A DNA stretch of 63,312 nt, the filler included. It is 7 parts of 7 records of this genome, joined end to end, with 100 filler letters (N's around TTAATTAATTAA, not from the genome) between each part and the next. Parts side by side here need not be neighbours in the genome. Positions count along the whole stretch, not along the records: positions 1 to 14,119 come from DRR723986_10648; 6 more parts are not named here. One strand, 5' to 3'. Below the pieces are notes generated by a model, which saw nothing but the letters and a program-made list of their open reading frames with translations, searched no databases and was not told the DNA's origin. Of the stretch, positions 1 to 9,806 are shown in pieces (the stretch's first letter is position 1; every line of letters starts with the position of its first letter). The translations under genes were made by a program, and so were the position numbers.

Positions 1-60
1 CCTTTTTGAGTTTCTTGTTAGTTGTTTAACCGGAAACCGCAAGAACTTCAGCCGGCCACA

Positions 61-268
61 AGTCTCGCAGACTTGAGAGTCTCAAGTCAGACTGCAATCA
101 CAAAGATTTTGATACTTTAGTCTGTCTCAGGAGTTTGAGACTTGGAGACTGCAGGCTTGAGTACTGGAGACTCTAAAACTCGAGGCCGTCTCAAGAGTTT
201 GAGGCTGAGGGCTCGCCGGCAAACATGATGGTTTTGCAGAAGGGTTTTGCAGAAGGGCTTAGCAGAAA
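61..268. repeat. GAGAC/GTCTC-rich palindromic repeat tract plus a 13-bp tandem triplication
   Basis: Perfect palindrome GACTTGAGA-G-TCTCAAGTC (70-88); near-identical hairpins GTCTCAGGAGTTTGAGAC (124-141) and GTCTCAAGAGTTTGAGGC (188-205); GGTTTTGCAGAAG twice plus GGCTTAGCAGAAA (230-268). Confidence 0.8.
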
Positions 269-303
269 TCGCTGCGATGTTAAATTCCAACAAACCTGAC
301 TGA

Positions 304-323
304 AAGCGACCGGCAGGAAGCTT
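304..323 (+). promoter_or_regulatory. Conserved non-coding 20-mer AAGCGACCGGCAGGAAGCTT, copy 1
   Basis: 17 nt upstream of ATG 341; 18/20 copy at 2912-2931 and 20/20 copy at 46992-47011 on the minus strand. Confidence 0.6.
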
Positions 324-340
324 TTTTTGGGGAGAATTCT

Positions 341-2800
341 ATGACAAAATTTAGATACATTTTGGCGCTCTGTGCCGCGCTGCTGCTGACGACCTTCACA
401 AATGTGACGGCACAGCTTGACGCGCCCCAGAGCTTAAATATTGAACTACTGGCGTACCTGGATCCGGAGCAGGACAAAATCCCCAAACACAACTACAACG
501 ATATCTGGGGTTATACTGCCGACGGCCGTGAGTACGCGATTATGGGCGCGCTGGACGGCACCTGGTTTATTGACGTTACCGACGCACGTGCGCCGCGGGT
601 TGTGCAGTTTTTTGAGGGCCCCAATTCACTATGGCGCGACATTAAAACCCACGAAACCTACGCATATGTGGTGCATGAAACCATGGCTTCGGGCGAGTTT
701 TCGAATGGTATTCACGTCTATGATTTATCTGGTTTGCCGGAGAGCGTTGAATTTGTGGGCGCTTTTTTGCCTGGGCATGATGAGGGCACCTGGCACAACC
801 TCTACATCGAAGATGGCCTGGCGTATCTGGCGGGTGGCTCGCGCATTGCGAGTTTAAGTGTGCTGGACCTGCAGAATCCGCGTGAGCCTGAGTTGTATGC
901 CGTAGTCGGGTCTGATTATTGGCATGATGTAGTTGTTAACAATGGACTGGCATTTGGTTCAGCGCTTGCTTCCGGCATACAGATTTGGGATGTGCGCGAT
1001 TTTAACAATTCTGAGGCTGTGCTGGAGCTTAACTATCCCGGCGCGTTTACGCATAATATGTGGCCAACACCCGACAATCAATTTCTGGTGACAACGGATG
1101 AAAAGTTCAGGCGGCCGCTGCGCTTCTGGGATATTTCCGACGTGGAAAATCCGGAGCAGACCGCGCAGTACGATATTGGTTCCAGATCGGTGGCGCATAA
1201 CGCACACATTTTGGGCGACTACGCCTACGTCAGTTTTTACTACGATGGCCTTAAGATTTTTGATATCAGCGACCGCCGCGCACCCTATGAAGTTGCCTGG
1301 TACGACACTTTTCCCGACGAGACTTCGCAGCGCTCAACTGGCTTTGACGGCGCCTGGGGAGTCTATCCGAATCTGCCCTCGGGCAATATTCTGGTGAGCG
1401 ACAAAACCTATGGATTGTTTGTGCTGGAGTTTAACAATGCTCAAGCAGCCACAATGCACGGCATAATTCGCGAAGCGGAGAGCGGCGCACCAATTAGCGG
1501 CGTAGAGTTAACAACACTCAACGTGCAGACCGGCACGGGAGAGATTCGGATCAACAACAGCGCCGCCGACGGCAGCTATCGATTCTCGCGCCGCGGGGGG
1601 ACGGTTAACTTGCAGCTCAAGAAAGTTGGCTATGAAACACTGACACTTGAAGACCTTGAGTTTAATGCAGGCGCTACAATTGAGCGCGATATTGAGCTGG
1701 TAAAGCTGAAGTCCGGCACCTTTAGAATTGTGCTTGAAGACGAAAATGCGCAGCGCCTGCCTGGAATTAACATTGACATCAGGTCAGTTGAATTTGGCAA
1801 TGTCATTAAAACCAGAAGTGATGGAAATGGTGAGGCTGAAGATCAGGTGTTTTTTGGCGACTACGAGATTAGCGTTAAACACTGGGGCCACTACATCAAC
1901 AGAGGCGTTTTTACGGTGCGGCAATCCGAAGTGGAGGAATTCCGCTTTGTGCCCGACCCAGTCTATTTACAGCCATTTAACGAAGAAGAAAACTGGTCGA
2001 TGACTGCGGCCGGTGGGGCCGGCCCGCGCTGGTCAATTACGCAGGGCGAAAAACTGAATGCGTTTCTGGGTTTGCCGGTGAAGGATTATGACGGAAACGC
2101 CGCGGGTAACTTCGCTTACCGTCCGGCGCGCATGCAGGCGCATGTTATGACTTCACCGGTGTTTGATGTGCGGCGCATGCAGGAGCCGCTTGTGCAGTTT
2201 GAGCGTTATTACCTGGCCTCCAACTACGAACTTTTTGACGATGCGGATGATACGCTGCAGATTTTGCTCAGCGACGGAGTGCAGTGGCATGTGCTGGCCG
2301 AATATACGAACGTACAGGACTCGGAATGGAAGCAGATTCGTTTGCCGATTAAAGACTTTGTGGAAGCTGGAGATAACATGCAGGTGGCCTTTAGGATTGT
2401 GGAAGGTGACCGCCAGAACAGGCCCAGTGACATCTTCCGCCGTCCGGTCTACGCGGCAATTGACGAAGTTGCGATCATGGACGCCGAATTTGATTTGACG
2501 GCTGCATTTGGGCCGCTGGACGGCGGACCCGACCCCGGCGATCAAACGCCGGCAACGCTTTTTGACGTGCGCCCCAATCCGGTGGGAGCGGATTTGACAC
2601 TTCTGCCGCAAGTGGCGGGTGCGGCGAGGGTGACTATTCGCGACGTGCGTGGCCAGAAGTTTTTGAGTCGCACCGTTGCGCTCGAAGAAAATGAAGCACT
2701 GCGGCTGGATGTTGCCCGGCTGGCGAGTGGAACGTGTTTTGTGCATCTGGAGTTGGAGAGCGGGGAGTCTCATACTGTGCAAATTGTGGTGCAGCGCTAG
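341..2800 (+). CDS. Choice-of-anchor B family (LVIVD beta-propeller) secreted protein with carboxypeptidase-regulatory-like domain and T9SS-type C-terminal domain, paralog 1
   Basis: Signal peptide; YNDIWGY, WRDIKT, HN, WHD, THNMW, DE, AHNAH, GAWGVYP..PSG.ILVSD motifs; C-terminal PNP...DVRGQ...SG.CFV. Confidence 0.88.
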   Translation: MTKFRYILALCAALLLTTFTNVTAQLDAPQSLNIELLAYLDPEQDKIPKHNYNDIWGYTADGREYAIMGALDGTWFIDVTDARAPRVVQFFEGPNSLWRDIKTHETYAYVVHETMASGEFSNGIHVYDLSGLPESVEFVGAFLPGHDEGTWHNLYIEDGLAYLAGGSRIASLSVLDLQNPREPELYAVVGSDYWHDVVVNNGLAFGSALASGIQIWDVRDFNNSEAVLELNYPGAFTHNMWPTPDNQFLVTTDEKFRRPLRFWDISDVENPEQTAQYDIGSRSVAHNAHILGDYAYVSFYYDGLKIFDISDRRAPYEVAWYDTFPDETSQRSTGFDGAWGVYPNLPSGNILVSDKTYGLFVLEFNNAQAATMHGIIREAESGAPISGVELTTLNVQTGTGEIRINNSAADGSYRFSRRGGTVNLQLKKVGYETLTLEDLEFNAGATIERDIELVKLKSGTFRIVLEDENAQRLPGINIDIRSVEFGNVIKTRSDGNGEAEDQVFFGDYEISVKHWGHYINRGVFTVRQSEVEEFRFVPDPVYLQPFNEEENWSMTAAGGAGPRWSITQGEKLNAFLGLPVKDYDGNAAGNFAYRPARMQAHVMTSPVFDVRRMQEPLVQFERYYLASNYELFDDADDTLQILLSDGVQWHVLAEYTNVQDSEWKQIRLPIKDFVEAGDNMQVAFRIVEGDRQNRPSDIFRRPVYAAIDEVAIMDAEFDLTAAFGPLDGGPDPGDQTPATLFDVRPNPVGADLTLLPQVAGAARVTIRDVRGQKFLSRTVALEENEALRLDVARLASGTCFVHLELESGESHTVQIVVQR

Positions 2801-2911
2801 ACTGCATGCAGACTGTAGGACTTTGGGTTGACTTGGGGGGGTGTGCTTCGGCGACAAACAAGATGGCCTTTAAAGAACATCTGAGATTCGGGTGTAAAAA
2901 CGCGGGGCTAA

Positions 2912-2931
2912 AAGCGACTGGCAAGAAGCTT
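2912..2931 (+). promoter_or_regulatory. Conserved non-coding 20-mer, copy 2 (AAGCGACTGGCAAGAAGCTT)
   Basis: Two mismatches to copy 1; 6 nt upstream of ATG 2938; upstream block GACAAACAAGATGGCCTTTAAA at 2853-2874. Confidence 0.55.
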
Positions 2932-2937
2932 TTTCCG

Positions 2938-5442
2938 ATGGAGATATTTGTGAGTAGAATGATTGTGGGTAGGATAATTGTGGGCAGGATAACTGTGCGT
3001 AGAGTAATTGCGATTTGTGTGCTGATTGGCGTAGGTGTTTTGTTTAACAACAACACTACATTTGCGCAGCAAGGGCGGGCTATAAGTGAAAATATTGAGC
3101 TGCTTGGAAAGATTGCGCCGAGTGAGTTATCGACATTGGAGTTTAACTACAATGACATTTGGGGTTATGCGGCCGACGGGCGTGAATACGCGATTATGGG
3201 TGCGCGCAATGGAACCTGGTTTATAGAAGTTACCGATCCGGCTGTGCCACGTGTAGTGCATTTTCACGAGGGCAGTACGTCGCTTTGGCGTGACATCAAG
3301 ACGCATGCACACTACGCTTATGTGGTGCACGAGCTTGAGAACAGTAATAGGCCCGGCAATGGGATTGAGATTTTTGATTTGAGTTCGCTGCCGGAATCCG
3401 TTGAACACATTGATGATGTTAACATTGCGATGCCGACCGGTACTGCGCATAATCTGTACATTGAAAATGGCCTGGCGTACCTGGCGGGTGTTTCGCAGGG
3501 AACCAGTGTGGTTATTGTGGACCTGGCCAATCCGCGCGCGCCTGAGCTACGGACGACTGTTAACCTGGAATACTGGCATGATGTGGTTGTTAACAATGGC
3601 GTGATGTTTGGTTCGGAACTGGAGAGTGGCATCCGGCTGATGGATGTGAGTGACCTGGACAATATCACGACAATTTCACGGACGGTATATCCGCGTTTGT
3701 TTACGCATAATCTGTGGCCGACGGCGGACAATCAGTTTATGGTTGGAACCGATGAGCGTTTTGGCCTGCCTGTGCGCTTCTGGGATATCAGCGATTTGGA
3801 ACATCCGGTGCAGGTGGCGCAGTACAATGTTGGGGAGCGTTCGCTGGCACACAATGCACATGTGCTGGGCGATTATGCCTACGTCAGTTTTTATTACGAC
3901 GGCCTTAAAATCTTTGACATCAGCGATAGAAGCGCTCCGAGTGAAGTTGCCTGGTACAACACTTTTGCGGAGGGAAGTCCAGGGCTGCGCCAGGGATTTG
4001 ACGGTGCCTGGGGCGTCTACCCTAACCTGCCATCGGGCAATATTCTGGTAAGTGATATGACCTTTGGTTTGTCGATCCTGGCGTTTGAGAACGTCGTGGC
4101 CGGAACGCTGGAAGGCCAGATTCGCGATGCGGGGAGCCAGGAATTGATTCCGAATGTGACTGTAACTGTGCTGGAGCAGAGCGGCGCAGCCGGACAAATG
4201 GTGCTTGACAGCCGTGCCGACGGAAGTTATCACCTGACGCAGCGGCCGGGGACTTTTGGCCTGCGGTTTTTTAAGGAGGGCTACCAACCGCGCACAATTC
4301 AGAATATTGAGATTATTGCGGGTGAGACGCAGTCGCTGGATGTGGAGCTGGAAGAACTTCAGCTTGGCGCCGTGCGCCTTATCATTGAGAACGCGTCCCA
4401 GGAGCGGCTGCCGGGGGTGGAGTTAAGCGTTGAGTCCGACATCCCCGAGTTGGAATTTGAGGCAAGCAGTAATTCGGCCGGGATTATACCGCGCAGCATG
4501 CCCTTCGGCACATATTCGGCGACGTTCTGGGAGTGGGGATATGCGCTGTTTGATGAAAAATTTGAGGTGGACCAGGCGGAGCCGATCGATATCCTGCTGG
4601 TAGCCAAACCGGCCTATTTTCACGATTTTAACTCAACGGCCGGCTGGCAGTCGCGCCAGTCGGACAGAGGCGGCCGCTGGACCAGAGCGCTGGCAGGATC
4701 GCATGCACCGTCGTCACCGTTTCCAAATGTGGACTTCAACGGCAATCCTAATCAGATGTACGCCAAAGCCGAAGTCAACGATGGTGAAGCCAATGTGACG
4801 ACGCATGATTTTGATGCGACGCAGATGGATGATCCGGTACTGCGATTCTACCGCTGGTACGATGCGCCCGACTACCAGACAAATTCAGACGCCGACGACA
4901 AACTGCAAGTCTGGCTGCATGTGGACGGCGAGGAGATTCTGCTCGACGAGTATGCAAATGTTCAGGACCGCGAATGGAAGTTGATGGAGTACCATCTGGA
5001 CGAATTTGCCGAATCTGCGGAAAGAATGAGCGTGCGTTTTAGTCTGATTGAAGGGCCGCAGAACAGCGGAAGCACGCCCAATACGCGCGTGGCAGTGTAC
5101 GCTGCAATCGATGAGTTTTTGGTTGCCGATGCTGACTTTGATGTTGTGTCCAGTGTCAGCAATACTTCGGCTCCAATTGCGCAGCCCGCCATGTTTTCAA
5201 TCTTTCCCAATCCAGCTAACAACGTGCTGCAGGTGACGCCACATGTGCCATTCCCGGGAGCGGGGAACAGCATGAGGATTTTGGACCTTCGCGGCCGTAC
5301 TGTACTGCAGCAGAACTTTAGTGCTGCGCTTGGTGTTGCATTCGATCTGGACCTGACGGGCCTGCCGGAAGGCATATACTTCGTGCGTCTGCAGGCGCAG
5401 GATGGCCGCAGCCAAAGCCTGCCACTTTCGCTGATACGCTAG
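2938..5442 (+). CDS. Choice-of-anchor B family secreted protein with T9SS-type C-terminal domain, paralog 2 (start 2938, 2950 or 2959)
   Basis: Same motif set as paralog 1; C-terminal IFPNPAN...DLRGR...PEGIYFVRL; ORF-track start 2734 overlaps the upstream gene and is unlikely. Confidence 0.88.
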   Translation: MEIFVSRMIVGRIIVGRITVRRVIAICVLIGVGVLFNNNTTFAQQGRAISENIELLGKIAPSELSTLEFNYNDIWGYAADGREYAIMGARNGTWFIEVTDPAVPRVVHFHEGSTSLWRDIKTHAHYAYVVHELENSNRPGNGIEIFDLSSLPESVEHIDDVNIAMPTGTAHNLYIENGLAYLAGVSQGTSVVIVDLANPRAPELRTTVNLEYWHDVVVNNGVMFGSELESGIRLMDVSDLDNITTISRTVYPRLFTHNLWPTADNQFMVGTDERFGLPVRFWDISDLEHPVQVAQYNVGERSLAHNAHVLGDYAYVSFYYDGLKIFDISDRSAPSEVAWYNTFAEGSPGLRQGFDGAWGVYPNLPSGNILVSDMTFGLSILAFENVVAGTLEGQIRDAGSQELIPNVTVTVLEQSGAAGQMVLDSRADGSYHLTQRPGTFGLRFFKEGYQPRTIQNIEIIAGETQSLDVELEELQLGAVRLIIENASQERLPGVELSVESDIPELEFEASSNSAGIIPRSMPFGTYSATFWEWGYALFDEKFEVDQAEPIDILLVAKPAYFHDFNSTAGWQSRQSDRGGRWTRALAGSHAPSSPFPNVDFNGNPNQMYAKAEVNDGEANVTTHDFDATQMDDPVLRFYRWYDAPDYQTNSDADDKLQVWLHVDGEEILLDEYANVQDREWKLMEYHLDEFAESAERMSVRFSLIEGPQNSGSTPNTRVAVYAAIDEFLVADADFDVVSSVSNTSAPIAQPAMFSIFPNPANNVLQVTPHVPFPGAGNSMRILDLRGRTVLQQNFSAALGVAFDLDLTGLPEGIYFVRLQAQDGRSQSLPLSLIR

Positions 5443-5568
5443 GGAGATGCATTGCGGGTTCGCTAATGATTTGTTAGCACTTTGCAACCGATCAGGGACT
5501 TTCTGGGTTTTTGTTGTTAGTTTACAGGCTTGCCTCAGGCAATACATGTGTTCCAATCAGAATGACGG

Positions 5569-8115
5569 ATGCCTCTGCAGCTCCGCATTGGGAGTGACTC
5601 TTTGCTAAATTTGCCCCGCCCCAGCTCATTGTTCTCCGGTGTTCGTACGGTCTATGCTCTCTTGCTCCTGCCGCTTTTGCCTGTGCTGCTCACAGCCCAG
5701 GAAGATGACGACCTAAGTGATAACCTTGAATTGCTCTCCTCCTACGACCCTAAAATCGCTCCCAGCTTCAACTATAATGACATTTGGGGTTATGTGGCTG
5801 ATGGGCGTGAGTACGCCATCATGGGCGTCAAAAACGGCACCTACGTGATTGACGTAACTGATCCGGCGGCGCCCGTGGAAATTGGTTTTGTGGAAGGTGC
5901 GATTTCCGTCTGGCGCGACATTAAAACATATGACACCTACGCGTATGTGACACATGACGCCAATGAAAACGGATTTACGGCAACGGGAATACAGATAATT
6001 GATCTCTCGAACCTGCCTGAATCGATCGAACTGGTTACCACCTTCAGCGAAGACATGCCCAACGGCGTGGCACACAACATCTACATTGACAATAACATCG
6101 CTTACGTGGCGGGCGCGCGTAACAACGATCAGCTGATTATTCTTGACCTGAGCAATCCAACCGAACCGACGATTATCGACAAGTTATCCGAGCCATACTG
6201 GCACGACGTAGTCGTGAACAATGGCATGGTGTTTGGTTCGGCGCTGGACGAGGGCATTCATCTGATGGACGCCACAGACCCATCAGATCTAAAGGAAATT
6301 TCGCTGACGGGGTATCCGGGCAATTTTACGCACAACATGTGGCCTACGGCCGACAATCAATACATCGTTGTAACTGACGAGCGCAATGGCGCGCCGCTGC
6401 GCTTCTGGGACATTTCAGACCCGCTGGAGCCACGCCAGGTGGCGCAGTTTGAAATTGGCGGCAATGCCGTGGCGCACAATGCACATGTGCTGGGCGACTA
6501 TGCCTACGTCTCGTATTATTACGACGGGCTCAAAATCTTTGACATCAGCCGCCGTGAAGCGCCCGTAGAGGTTGCGCATTATGACACCTACGCGGATGAC
6601 AACTTTAACCGGGCGCGTGGTTTTAACGGCGCCTGGGGCGTTTATCCGAATCTGCCGTCGGGCAATATTCTGGTGTCTGACATGAAGTACGGTCTGCACG
6701 TACTGCGTTTTAACAATGTCGGTGCAGCCTACCTGGGCGGCACGGTCACCAGCGAAGATGAATCAGAGCCGATAGTTGATGTTGAAGTCTCACTGGTTGA
6801 CCAGCCGGTTTACAGCGGCACAAGTGTGGCCAACAGCAATGCCCAGGGCCAATATGTAATCGGCAATAAACCTGGCCTGCACAAAATGCGCTTCTTCAAA
6901 TATGGTTTTGAGCCATTGATCATTGACGAAGTCATGTTCAGCAGTGAGCGGGAAGAAACACTTAACGTAGAGCTGCGCCGCATTCCTACCGGCCCGGCGG
7001 TACTCAGAGTCGTCGATCGATTTGGCACTCCAATTCCAAGTGTAGCCGTCAGCGTCAAGTCCAACACCTTTGATTTTAACTTTGAGGCTTCCAGCGACGG
7101 GCGCGGTGAAGTGCGCCGCACTTTGTTGTATGACAACTACACAGTTGAAGTCTCAGCATGGGGCTTCCTGCCGGTGTCGATGAATTTTGACATTGAGCAG
7201 AGTGATATCTCCACAATTGATTTTGTGGTTGAGCGCGGCTACTATGAATCCTTCTGGCCGGCCGAGGGCTGGCAGCGATATGACGAGGCCGACTCAGGTG
7301 ATACCTGGCAGCTGGTTCAGGCAAACAACCAGGAGTTTGACAACTTTTTGCCCAAGGTGGACTTTCAGGACCGTGAATTTGGCATTTACATGTGGGCGCG
7401 GGCGCAACGCGACGCTGCCCCACTTACTTCTCCGCAGTTTGACCTGACGAATATCGCTGAACCCTACCTGAGTTTCCGGCGCTGGTACAATGCGCCCGAA
7501 TACCTCCGGAATGCGGAGGCTGATGACAGTCTTCAGGTTTGGATCTCAAATGATTTGGGTGAATCCTGGAGCCTGCTGGTCAGTTATGCCGATGTCCAGG
7601 ACGAAGCCTGGACCGAAGTTAAACTGCCGCTGGAAGGCTCAATTGAATTCACTGATCAGATGCTTCTGCGCATTGACCTGGTTGAAGGGGATCGTGAAAA
7701 CCGCGTTAACATCCGTGTGCGCCGGCCGGCGTATGCCGGAATTGATGAATTCTACATTGTTGCGGCTGACGTCATTAGCAGCGTCGAAGACGCAGAGTTG
7801 GAGAGCCAGGATCTTAGCCAGGATCTTAGCCAGAACCCAGGCCTTGCGGCGTCAGGCCACAAGCTGTTGAACATCTATCCCAACCCGGCAACTCACAGTG
7901 TCGAAGTCCGCTTGCAGGCAGCTGCACAGCCGGTGGAGAACTTTTTACGCGTCAGTGATGTTCGCGGGCAGGTGATGCTGCAGAAACGCATAGCTGCAAC
8001 CAACGCCGGGACGGTGGTTTTCTCCGTGCAAGACTGGCCTGCAGGCGTGTACTTCGTAAAACTCGGCTCCGGCAATGCTAGTCAGCAGACAAGTGTCCTG
8101 CACGTTCGGCGTTAA
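5569..8115 (+). CDS. Choice-of-anchor B family secreted protein with T9SS-type C-terminal domain, paralog 3 (true start possibly slightly downstream)
   Basis: Same motif set; hydrophobic signal ending LLTA-Q; C-terminal IYPNPAT...DVRGQ...PAGVYFVKL. Confidence 0.88.
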   Translation: MPLQLRIGSDSLLNLPRPSSLFSGVRTVYALLLLPLLPVLLTAQEDDDLSDNLELLSSYDPKIAPSFNYNDIWGYVADGREYAIMGVKNGTYVIDVTDPAAPVEIGFVEGAISVWRDIKTYDTYAYVTHDANENGFTATGIQIIDLSNLPESIELVTTFSEDMPNGVAHNIYIDNNIAYVAGARNNDQLIILDLSNPTEPTIIDKLSEPYWHDVVVNNGMVFGSALDEGIHLMDATDPSDLKEISLTGYPGNFTHNMWPTADNQYIVVTDERNGAPLRFWDISDPLEPRQVAQFEIGGNAVAHNAHVLGDYAYVSYYYDGLKIFDISRREAPVEVAHYDTYADDNFNRARGFNGAWGVYPNLPSGNILVSDMKYGLHVLRFNNVGAAYLGGTVTSEDESEPIVDVEVSLVDQPVYSGTSVANSNAQGQYVIGNKPGLHKMRFFKYGFEPLIIDEVMFSSEREETLNVELRRIPTGPAVLRVVDRFGTPIPSVAVSVKSNTFDFNFEASSDGRGEVRRTLLYDNYTVEVSAWGFLPVSMNFDIEQSDISTIDFVVERGYYESFWPAEGWQRYDEADSGDTWQLVQANNQEFDNFLPKVDFQDREFGIYMWARAQRDAAPLTSPQFDLTNIAEPYLSFRRWYNAPEYLRNAEADDSLQVWISNDLGESWSLLVSYADVQDEAWTEVKLPLEGSIEFTDQMLLRIDLVEGDRENRVNIRVRRPAYAGIDEFYIVAADVISSVEDAELESQDLSQDLSQNPGLAASGHKLLNIYPNPATHSVEVRLQAAAQPVENFLRVSDVRGQVMLQKRIAATNAGTVVFSVQDWPAGVYFVKLGSGNASQQTSVLHVRR

Positions 8116-8148
8116 CATTTTGCGGGCAGCCAGATACCACAATAATTC

Positions 8149-8174
8149 TTGACCTTTTGTAGTCAGAAGGTCAA
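8149..8174. terminator. Stem-loop after paralog 3
   Basis: TTGACCTTTTG-tagt-CAGAAGGTCAA; no strong U-tract. Confidence 0.45.
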
Positions 8175-8219
8175 ACTGTTAATTCTAGCTAGAAAACACC
8201 TACCGTGAGGGATTCCGCA

Positions 8220-9635
8220 ATGCGGCGAATAGCTTTACTATGTTGTTTATCACTTGGCCTTTTTACAGCATGTGGTGATGATGACCCAGTCAGTTCAGTA
8301 ATCGATTACGATGCAATTGATCGCATCTCTTTTTCTGAACACGTCCAGCCGATTTTCTCCGCCAGTTGCACTCAATGTCACGGTGGAGCGCTTGCCGAGG
8401 CGGGATTACGCCTGGATTCATGGGAAAATATCGTGAAAGGCTCCGACAATGGTGAAGCCTTGATTGCTTTTGATGCCGACAACTCGCGCATGATCCGCAT
8501 GATTACGAGCCTGGTAGGTGGGGCCCACCCAACTGAGGCCGGTGAAAGTGCTTTGCTGCCAACGGAACAGGCCTTCCTGACACGCTGGATTAACGAAGGC
8601 GCGATTAACGACAGCGAAGAGGCCGCATACGCCGACGCGACGAACCTGCTCTATGTCTGCTGCCAGAATTCAGCTCAGGTGCGTGTAATCGACATGGAAA
8701 GCAACAACGTAATCCGCGTTGTTGACCTGCAGGAACTGGGTTATACCGCTGACGCCAAGCCACACCATATTGTCGTAGAACCTGACGGATCGTTCTGGTA
8801 CCTAAGCCTGATCGGCGACAACAAAATTGTCAAGTTAAACGAGCGCAATGAAGTTGTGACCGACACTGACATTCTCAAGCCCGGTCTGCTCGAACTTGAT
8901 CCAAACGGCGATCGTCTCTTCGTTTCGCGTTCAATGACAGCACCGGAAGGAATTAGCACTCTTGCTCAATACACGCGGACAGACTTGCAGCCCGTGATTG
9001 GTGATACCGATGGTGAAGTCCCGGTTCGATTTGCATTGCCGCACGCACTTGAGTTAAGTCCCGATGGTCGTTACGTTTTCACAGCCAGCCTCGTTGAAGG
9101 CCGCTGGATGGCGTATGACCGTCAAACTGATGAGCTCACACACGCTCTGATCGAAGCCGGCAGTGGTCCGCTTGAAGCTGAATTTAATCCAATCGGTACC
9201 AAAGTGTTTTACACTGGCCAGCTCTCAGGCAAACTGTATGCCTTTGACGCCTTTGGCGGTGTACTGGAAGGTGTCCAGAGTATTGACCTCGGTGCCAAGC
9301 CATGGCACATGGATTTTTCCGCCGATGGCCAGACGCTGTATGTTCCGCTGAATGGCGCAGATCAGGTTGCTGTTGTTGATCCCGTTGAACTAACGCTGCG
9401 CACGGTAATTGCCGGTAATGGCCTGGCACTGCCACATGGTGTAGTTGTTTCGCCTGGCGGCGAGTACGTATATATTTCCAATCGCAATGCGAGCGGCGCG
9501 TACGTCCCACGGCATGACTTTGGCGACAACGCGAACTATGGAACCGTTGTAGTTATTTCAACGGCTACCAATGAGATTGTTAAAGTTCTGGAAGTGGCAG
9601 CAATTCCGACAGGCATTAACATTGCCGGAAACTAA
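8220..9635 (+). CDS. Lipoprotein with N-terminal planctomycete-type cytochrome c domain and C-terminal YVTN/YncE-like beta-propeller
   Basis: Lipobox LFTA-C; SFSEHVQPIF..SCTQCHGG...GLRLD...WINEGA; propeller repeats PHH/PHA/PWH/PHG...SPDG. Confidence 0.8.
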   Translation: MRRIALLCCLSLGLFTACGDDDPVSSVIDYDAIDRISFSEHVQPIFSASCTQCHGGALAEAGLRLDSWENIVKGSDNGEALIAFDADNSRMIRMITSLVGGAHPTEAGESALLPTEQAFLTRWINEGAINDSEEAAYADATNLLYVCCQNSAQVRVIDMESNNVIRVVDLQELGYTADAKPHHIVVEPDGSFWYLSLIGDNKIVKLNERNEVVTDTDILKPGLLELDPNGDRLFVSRSMTAPEGISTLAQYTRTDLQPVIGDTDGEVPVRFALPHALELSPDGRYVFTASLVEGRWMAYDRQTDELTHALIEAGSGPLEAEFNPIGTKVFYTGQLSGKLYAFDAFGGVLEGVQSIDLGAKPWHMDFSADGQTLYVPLNGADQVAVVDPVELTLRTVIAGNGLALPHGVVVSPGGEYVYISNRNASGAYVPRHDFGDNANYGTVVVISTATNEIVKVLEVAAIPTGINIAGN

Positions 9636-9738
9636 GTCCAATACCGCGCTGCATCTCTGATGCGGCGTGCATGTATTCGCAGCTTGTCCGTGTCCGACCT
9701 CTGGCTGGAGGTATACATCTCCAGCCTCGCAAAAGATG

Positions 9739-9776
9739 AACGCCCGTGTGGTCCTGGTATCGCAGGGCGTTTTTTC
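9739..9776 (+). terminator. Probable intrinsic terminator, preceded by two further hairpins (9647-9667, 9703-9726)
   Basis: AACGCCC..TGTGGT/ATCGCA..GGGCGTT stem followed by a T-run. Confidence 0.55.
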
Positions 9777-9806
9777 TATCTACCATGATTCTCCCGAAAG
9801 TGCATT

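Noticed and set aside
61-268. Possible CRISPR array
   Set aside because: Repeats are short, degenerate and irregularly spaced; no unique spacers and no cas genes anywhere in the window
2734-2937. N-terminal extension of paralog 2 in the ORF track
   Set aside because: Overlaps paralog 1 and covers the conserved non-coding leader; the signal peptide begins after 2938
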